Virus record (IMG/VR): IMGVR_UViG_2531839583_000011
Span: 1-24,912 of that record
Length of the DNA stretch: 24,912 bases
Strand: one strand, 5' to 3'
Origin: a virus
Lineage: Duplodnaviria > Heunggongvirae > Uroviricota > Caudoviricetes
In this document: one piece after another, positions 19,818 through 24,912 of the stretch
How the letters are laid out: each line of letters starts with the position of its first letter
Numbering within the stretch: position 1 is the stretch's first letter
Notes under the pieces: model-generated
What the model was told of the DNA's origin: nothing
What the model saw: only the letters and a program-made list of their open reading frames with translations
Database searches by the model: none
Made by a program: the position numbers and the translations under genes

Positions 19818-20314
19818 TGCCTCCATCATTACGAAAAGCCGTTGCTGCTGCTATTGGTGGCGGAGCAATTGCTATAGCATCAGTGTTAATCACTGGCCCA
19901 AGTGGTAACGATGGTCTGGAAGGTGTCAGCTACATACCATACAAAGATATTGTTGGTGTATGGACTGTATGTCACGGGCATACAGGAAAAGACATCATGC
20001 TCGGTAAAACGTATACCAAAGCAGAATGCAAAGCACTCTTGAATAAAGACCTTGCCACTGTCGCCAGACAAATTAACCCGTACATCGAAGTCGATATACC
20101 GGAAACAACGCGCGGCGCTCTTTACTCATTCGTTTACAACGTGGGTGCTGGCAATTTCAGAACATCGACGCTTCTTCGCAAAATAAACCAGGGCGATATC
20201 AAAGGCGCATGTGATCAGCTACGTCGCTGGACATATGCTGGCGGTAAGCAATGGAAAGGTCTCATGACTCGTCGTGAGATTGAGCGTGAAATCTGTTTGT
20301 GGGGTCAGCAATGA
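19817..20314 (+). CDS. SAR endolysin (T4-lysozyme-like muramidase, R21-type)
   Basis: The N-terminal Gly/Ala-rich signal-anchor-release segment is present ([20 protein letters not shown]). The catalytic E-8aa-D-5aa-T triad is visible ([16 protein letters not shown]). Confidence 0.92.
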   Translation: MPPSLRKAVAAAIGGGAIAIASVLITGPSGNDGLEGVSYIPYKDIVGVWTVCHGHTGKDIMLGKTYTKAECKALLNKDLATVARQINPYIEVDIPETTRGALYSFVYNVGAGNFRTSTLLRKINQGDIKGACDQLRRWTYAGGKQWKGLMTRREIEREICLWGQQ

Positions 20315-20775
20315 ACAGAGTAACCGCGATTATCTCCGCTCTAGTTATCTGCATCATCGTCTGCCTGTCATGGGCTGTTAATCATTACCGTGATAACGCC
20401 ATTACCTACCAAGCCCAGCGCGACAAAAATGCCAGAGAACTGAAGCTGGCGAACGCGGCAATTACTGACATGCAGATGCGCCAGCGTGATGTTGCTGCAC
20501 TGGATGAAAAATACACGAAGGAGTTAGCTAATGCGAAAGCTGAAAATGATGCTCTGCGTGATGATGTTGCCGCTGGTCGTCGTCGGTTGCACATCAAAGC
20601 AGTCTGTCAGTCAGTGCGTGAAGCCACCACCGCCTCCGGCGTGGATAATGCAGCCTCCCCCCGACTGGCAGACACCGCTGAACGGGATTATTTCCCCCTC
20701 CGGGAACGACTGGTAATGATGCAGGCCCAACTTGAAGGTGCTCAGCAATACATAACCGAACAGTGTTTAAAGTAA
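20311..20775 (+). CDS. Rz inner-membrane spanin (i-spanin)
   Basis: ATG overlaps the endolysin stop as ATGA. The product has an N-terminal transmembrane segment ([18 protein letters not shown]) followed by a coiled-coil region. Confidence 0.9.
   Translation: MNRVTAIISALVICIIVCLSWAVNHYRDNAITYQAQRDKNARELKLANAAITDMQMRQRDVAALDEKYTKELANAKAENDALRDDVAAGRRRLHIKAVCQSVREATTASGVDNAASPRLADTAERDYFPLRERLVMMQAQLEGAQQYITEQCLK
20531..20716 (+). CDS. Rz1 outer-membrane lipoprotein spanin (o-spanin), embedded in the +1 frame of Rz
   Basis: A lipobox is present (LVVVGC), and the mature part is proline-rich ([16 protein letters not shown]). The gene is fully nested inside Rz. Confidence 0.88.
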   Translation: MRKLKMMLCVMMLPLVVVGCTSKQSVSQCVKPPPPPAWIMQPPPDWQTPLNGIISPSGNDW

Positions 20776-20912
20776 AATCTTAACTACAATATGATTCATT
20801 TTGATGATTGTTTCATAAGGAACAGTGAAGTAAGATCTAAGAGGAGTTAAATTTTATACAGTATAATCATAATATTGCAGCAAGGTGGTTATAATTGAAA
20901 GAATATTTAGAT

Positions 20913-22370
20913 ATGAATACATCTCATGTAAGAGTTGTTACTCATATGTGTGGGTTTCTGGTTTGGCTCTATAGTCTTTCAATGTTGCCACCAATGGTTG
21001 TAGCATTGTTTTATAAAGAAAAAAGCCTGTTCGTTTTCTTTATAACTTTCGTTATGTTTTTTTGCATTGGTGGCGGAGCGTGGTATACAACTAAGAAATC
21101 TGGCATTCAATTACGTACCCGTGATGGGTTTATTATAATTGTAATGTTTTGGATTTTGTTTTCTGTTATTAGTGCATTCCCTTTATGGATTGACTCAGAA
21201 CTTAATTTAACGTTCATTGATGCTCTGTTTGAAGGGGTTTCTGGAATAACAACAACAGGAGCAACTGTAATTGATGATGTTAGTTCATTACCTCGGGCAT
21301 ATTTGTACTATCGGTCACAGTTAAATTTTATAGGTGGTTTAGGAGTTATTGTTCTGGCGGTTGCTGTATTGCCATTATTGGGTATTGGTGGTGCAAAGCT
21401 TTATCAGTCAGAAATGCCGGGGCCATTTAAGGATGACAAACTCACTCCCCGCCTGGCCGATACGTCACGGACACTGTGGATAACTTATTCTTTATTAGGT
21501 ATTGCTTGTATTGTCTGTTATAGACTTGCAGGAATGCCTTTGTTTGATGCTATTTGTCACGGGATTTCCACAGTTTCGCTTGGTGGTTTCTCAACTCATA
21601 GCGAGAGTATCGGATATTTTAATAACTATTTGGTTGAGCTGGTGGCTGGTTCTTTTTCCCTGCTATCGGCTTTCAACTTCACTCTTTGGTATATTGTTAT
21701 TAGCAGGAAAACGATAAAACCTTTAATCAGAGATATTGAACTTCGTTTCTTTCTGTTAATAGCCTTAGGGGTGATCATTGTTACCTCTTTCCAGGTCTGG
21801 CATATAGGTATGTATGACTTGCATGGAAGTTTTATTCATTCGTTTTTTCTTGCCAGCTCCATGCTCACTGATAATGGTTTAGCTACGCAGGATTATGCAA
21901 ACTGGCCCACGCACACGATAGTGTTTTTGCTGTCGTCAAGTTTCTTTGGGGGATGTATAGGTTCAACTTGTGGTGGAATTAAGTCACTTCGATTTCTTAT
22001 ACTTTTCAAACAAAGCAAACACGAGATAAATCAGCTTTCTCATCCCAGAGCGTTGTTGAGTGTAAATGTAGGAGGGAAGATAGTTACAGATCGTGTAATG
22101 AGGTCTGTATGGAGTTTCTTTTTTCTTTATACTCTCTTCACGGTGTTTTTTATACTGGTGTTAAATGGTATGGGATATGATTTTCTTACATCATTTGCAA
22201 CAGTGGCTGCATGTATTAATAATATGGGATTAGGTTTTGGGGCTACTGCATCGTCATTCGGAGTGCTTAATGACATTGCAAAATATTTAATGTGCATAGC
22301 TATGATTCTTGGTCGCCTTGAAATTTATCCTGTTATTATATTGTTTTCAGGTTTTTTTTGGCGCTCCTAA
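20913..22370 (+). CDS. trkG: TrkG potassium uptake protein (Rac moron), 485 aa
   Basis: The product starts MNTSHVRVVTHMCGFLVWLYSLSMLPPMVVALFYKEK, which I recognise as TrkG. It is a multi-pass membrane protein, the gene is AT-rich, and the length equals the K-12 protein. Confidence 0.93.
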   Translation: MNTSHVRVVTHMCGFLVWLYSLSMLPPMVVALFYKEKSLFVFFITFVMFFCIGGGAWYTTKKSGIQLRTRDGFIIIVMFWILFSVISAFPLWIDSELNLTFIDALFEGVSGITTTGATVIDDVSSLPRAYLYYRSQLNFIGGLGVIVLAVAVLPLLGIGGAKLYQSEMPGPFKDDKLTPRLADTSRTLWITYSLLGIACIVCYRLAGMPLFDAICHGISTVSLGGFSTHSESIGYFNNYLVELVAGSFSLLSAFNFTLWYIVISRKTIKPLIRDIELRFFLLIALGVIIVTSFQVWHIGMYDLHGSFIHSFFLASSMLTDNGLATQDYANWPTHTIVFLLSSSFFGGCIGSTCGGIKSLRFLILFKQSKHEINQLSHPRALLSVNVGGKIVTDRVMRSVWSFFFLYTLFTVFFILVLNGMGYDFLTSFATVAACINNMGLGFGATASSFGVLNDIAKYLMCIAMILGRLEIYPVIILFSGFFWRS

Positions 22371-22456
22371 TATATGGCTGATTTATAATTGTGAGTTTAA
22401 TATTATATTGACTCACTCATTGATCCAATACCTAACTTTACCAGCAACACCTCCGC

Positions 22457-22491
22457 CCCCAGTAGCACTGGCTGCTGGGGTGCGTTTTATT
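22457..22491 (+). terminator. Rho-independent terminator after trkG
   Basis: CCCCAGTAGC-ACTG-GCTGCTGGGG forms a 10-bp stem with one G.U pair, and is followed by TGCGTTTTATT. Confidence 0.65.
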
Positions 22492-22507
22492 CATAAAGCA
22501 AGGCTGT

Positions 22508-23299
22508 ATGAGCGAGAAATTAAAGATAGTCTATCGCCCATTACAAGAATTGTCACCGTATGCGCACAACGCCAGGACGCACAGTACTGAGCAGGTGGCA
22601 CAACTGGTAGAAAGTATTAAGCAATTCGGCTGGACTAATCCGGTGCTGATTGACGAAAAGGGCGAAATTATTGCGGGTTACGGTCGTGTTATGGCGGCTG
22701 AAATGCTCAAAATGGATTCTGTTCCGGTCATTGTTCTGTCTGGCCTGACGGATGAGCAGAAAAAGGCGTACCGCCTGGCAGATAATCGCCTGCCGATGAA
22801 TGCTGGCTGGGATGAAGATCTGTTGCGGATGGAGCTGTCGGACCTAATCAATGCTGATTTTGATGTCTCCCTGACAGGCTTCATCCCGACAGAAATTGAT
22901 GAACTGTTGACGGATGTTTTGCCCGGTACAGGAAATGAGGAGGAGCCGTATACGACGAAAATTGATACGCCTGTTTATGAGCCGTCGGGCGGTAAACCGG
23001 ATATCAGTGAACTGTACGACGATACGAAAACTCAGGAGCTGATCAGCCGGATACGTTCGGCGTCCCTTGAGCCTGATATTGAGAAATTCCTCCTGTGTGC
23101 GGCAGAACGTCACACGGTGTTTAATTTCAGCAGAATTGCGGACTATTACGCTCACGCCCCCTCTGAAATTCAGTGTTTTTTCGAGGAGTCGGCGCTGGTG
23201 ATCATTGATTATCAGCAGGCTATTGAAAATGGATTTGTCCGGATGACGCAGCGCATGGTGGAGATCATGCATGGTGGTGAGGAGGAGGAATATGCGTGA
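22508..23299 (+). CDS. ynaK: ParB-like nuclease-domain protein (full-length YnaK-like), 263 aa
   Basis: The N-terminal ParB/Srx-like domain is recognisable (LSPYAHNARTHSTEQVAQLVESIKQFGWTNPVLIDEKGEIIAGYGRVMAA). It sits in the ynaK position after trkG. As I recall, K-12 carries only a short version. Confidence 0.75.
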   Translation: MSEKLKIVYRPLQELSPYAHNARTHSTEQVAQLVESIKQFGWTNPVLIDEKGEIIAGYGRVMAAEMLKMDSVPVIVLSGLTDEQKKAYRLADNRLPMNAGWDEDLLRMELSDLINADFDVSLTGFIPTEIDELLTDVLPGTGNEEEPYTTKIDTPVYEPSGGKPDISELYDDTKTQELISRIRSASLEPDIEKFLLCAAERHTVFNFSRIADYYAHAPSEIQCFFEESALVIIDYQQAIENGFVRMTQRMVEIMHGGEEEEYA

Positions 23300-23990
23300 T
23301 GATTTTTGCGCCTTTATTCTGACTCACGGGCGACCGGACAAAGTTCTGACTTACCGGACGTTGCGTCGTGCTGGCTATACCGGGAAAATTTTTATCGTTG
23401 TTGATGATGAAGATAAGACACGGCATCAGTACATGGCTGAATTTGGTGAACAGGTGCTGGTGTTTTCCAAAGCCGATATCGCCAGTCGTTTTGACGAAGC
23501 CGATAATTTCTGTGACCGCCGCTCAATTTTTTACGCCCGTAATGCCTGTTTCGACCTGGCAAAACTGGTCGGGTGTAAATACTTCATTCAGCTCGATGAT
23601 GATTATCACGAGTTCCAGTTTCGGGTGGATCGCAACTATGACCAGGCCTATTTTCCGATAAGGAAACTGGATGCGATCCTTTCTGAAATGCTGGCGTACT
23701 ACGAATCAATACCTGCTCTTTCCATCGCTATGTCGCAGGGCGGGGATTTTCTTGGTGACAATGGCGGCCATGCTTCGTGGGTGAAACGCAAGGCAATGAA
23801 CAGCTTTATCTGTTCGGTTGATCGACCGTTCTCATTCATGGGGCGCATTAACGAGGATGTGAATACGTACACGAATCTCGGTCGCTGTGGTGAATTGTTT
23901 ATGACGATCGGTGCTGTCCAGTTAGGGCAGAAACAGACGCAGAAAAACAGCGGCGGAATGACCGAGCTGTATCTGGATTCCGGAACGTGA
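23292..23990 (+). CDS. GT-A-fold glycosyltransferase-like protein (ydaY position), probably truncated at its 3' end at a deletion junction
   Basis: ATG at 23292 follows GGAGGAGGA and overlaps the ynaK stop by 8 nt. GT-A hallmarks are visible: [22 protein letters not shown] and a DxD-type FIQLDDDY. The reading frame ends exactly where J homology begins. Confidence 0.55.
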   Translation: MRDDFCAFILTHGRPDKVLTYRTLRRAGYTGKIFIVVDDEDKTRHQYMAEFGEQVLVFSKADIASRFDEADNFCDRRSIFYARNACFDLAKLVGCKYFIQLDDDYHEFQFRVDRNYDQAYFPIRKLDAILSEMLAYYESIPALSIAMSQGGDFLGDNGGHASWVKRKAMNSFICSVDRPFSFMGRINEDVNTYTNLGRCGELFMTIGAVQLGQKQTQKNSGGMTELYLDSGT

Positions 23991-24487
23991 ATGCGAACTC
24001 CGGGACGCTCAACAACGTCACGATTAACGAGAACTGTCGGGTTCTGGGAAAACTGTCCGCCAACCAGATTGAAGGCGATCTCGTTAAAACAGTGGGCAAA
24101 GCTTTCCCCCGGGACTCCCGTGCACCGGAACGGTGGCCATCAGGGACCATCACCGTCAGGGTTTATGACGATCAGCCGTTTGACCGGCAGATTGTTATTC
24201 CGGCGGTGGCATTCAGCGGCGCTAAACATGAGCGGGAGAATAACGATATTTATTCGTCATGCCGCCTGATAGTACGGAAAAACGGTGCTGAAATTTATAA
24301 CCGTACCGCGCTGGATAATACGCTGATTTACAGTGGTGTTATTGATATGCCTGCCGGTCACGGTCACATGACACTGGAGTTTTCGGTGTCAGCATGGCTG
24401 GTAAATAACTGGTATCCCACAGCAAGTATCAGCGATTTGCTGGTTGTGGTGATGAAGAAAGCCACTGCAGGCATCACGATTAGCTGA
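23987..24487 (+). pseudogene. tmpR: C-terminal remnant of the lambda-J-like host-specificity (tail tip) protein (tmpR-like)
   Basis: The product begins [15 protein letters not shown]...[15 protein letters not shown]...[10 protein letters not shown], contains IDMPAGHG and ends [14 protein letters not shown]. This parallels the last roughly 165 aa of lambda J as I recall it. The N-terminal roughly 1000 aa of J are absent. Confidence 0.75.
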
Positions 24488-24507
24488 ATTTTTATAACCC
24501 AGATACG

Positions 24508-24533
24508 GGCGCCAGAAATGGCGCCTTTTTTAT
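24508..24533 (+). terminator. Rho-independent terminator after the J remnant
   Basis: GGCGCC-AGAAAT-GGCGCC is followed by TTTTTTATT. Confidence 0.8.
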
Positions 24534-24555
24534 TGCAGAAAAGCGAGAGGTAATT

Positions 24556-24912
24556 ATGCGTAAAGTTTATGCAGCTATTTTGTCCGCAGCCATCTGTCTG
24601 GCCGTATCAGGTACGCCTGCATGGGCGTCTGAACACCAGTCCACACTGAGCGCAGGGTATCTTCATGCCCGTACGAACGTACCCGGCAGCGATAATCTGA
24701 ACGGGATTAACGTGAAATACCGTTATGAATTTACGGACACGCTGGGGCTGGTGACGTCATTCAGTTATGCCAATGCCAAAGATGAGCAAAAAACGCATTA
24801 CAGCGATACCCGCTGGCATGAGGATTCCGTGCGTAACCGCTGGTTCAGCGTGATGGCGGGGCCGTCTGTGCGCGTGAATGAATGGTTCAGCGCGTATGCG
24901 ATGGCGGGTGTG
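24556..24912 (+). CDS. lomR: Lom/Ail-family outer-membrane protein, 5' part (runs off the window end)
   Basis: ATG at 24556 follows GAGAGG. A signal peptide is present (MRKVYAAILSAAICLAVSGTPAWA), followed by beta-barrel-like alternating sequence (STLSAGYLHARTN...GINVKYRYEF). It sits in the lom position after J. Confidence 0.85.
   Translation, partial: MRKVYAAILSAAICLAVSGTPAWASEHQSTLSAGYLHARTNVPGSDNLNGINVKYRYEFTDTLGLVTSFSYANAKDEQKTHYSDTRWHEDSVRNRWFSVMAGPSVRVNEWFSAYAMAGV

Overview
This window looks like an Escherichia coli Rac-type defective lambdoid prophage. I recognise many of the proteins. Left to right it contains: integrase and excisionase; ydaC, ralR, recT and recE; racC, ydaE and kilR; sieB; ydaF and ydaG; an immunity region (CI-like repressor, Cro-like protein, YdaT); a replication module (YdaU with iteron-like palindromes, DnaC-like YdaV, YdaW); an AT-rich cargo island; nin-type genes and a Q-like antiterminator; a small tRNA array; an intact phage-21-type lysis cassette (pinholin, SAR endolysin, Rz/Rz1); the trkG moron; a ParB-like gene coupled to a GT-A-like gene; a tail-fibre J remnant; and the 5' part of lom. 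All head and tail morphogenesis genes are missing, so the prophage is defective.

The standout is the cargo island at about 11.8-17.0 kb. It holds a tightly coupled three-gene operon on the + strand (12759-15084): adenosine deaminase, a HAM1/ITPase-like protein and a SIR2-like protein, with a divergent TetR-family regulator upstream. I interpret it as a nucleotide-modification-based anti-phage signalling system with a SIR2 NADase effector. From memory, the architecture matches the Kongming KomABC system, which signals through dITP.

Secondary observations: candidate origin iterons in and before ydaU; repeated GTAC-core operators on both sides of the repressor gene; an in-frame amber codon in ydaG; a Thr/Gly tRNA pair with a degenerate third tRNA-like element; a cysteine-rich small ORF; and a long ORF-free AT-rich tract carrying a composite palindrome.

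All coordinates and motifs were read by eye from the sequence. No database search was possible.
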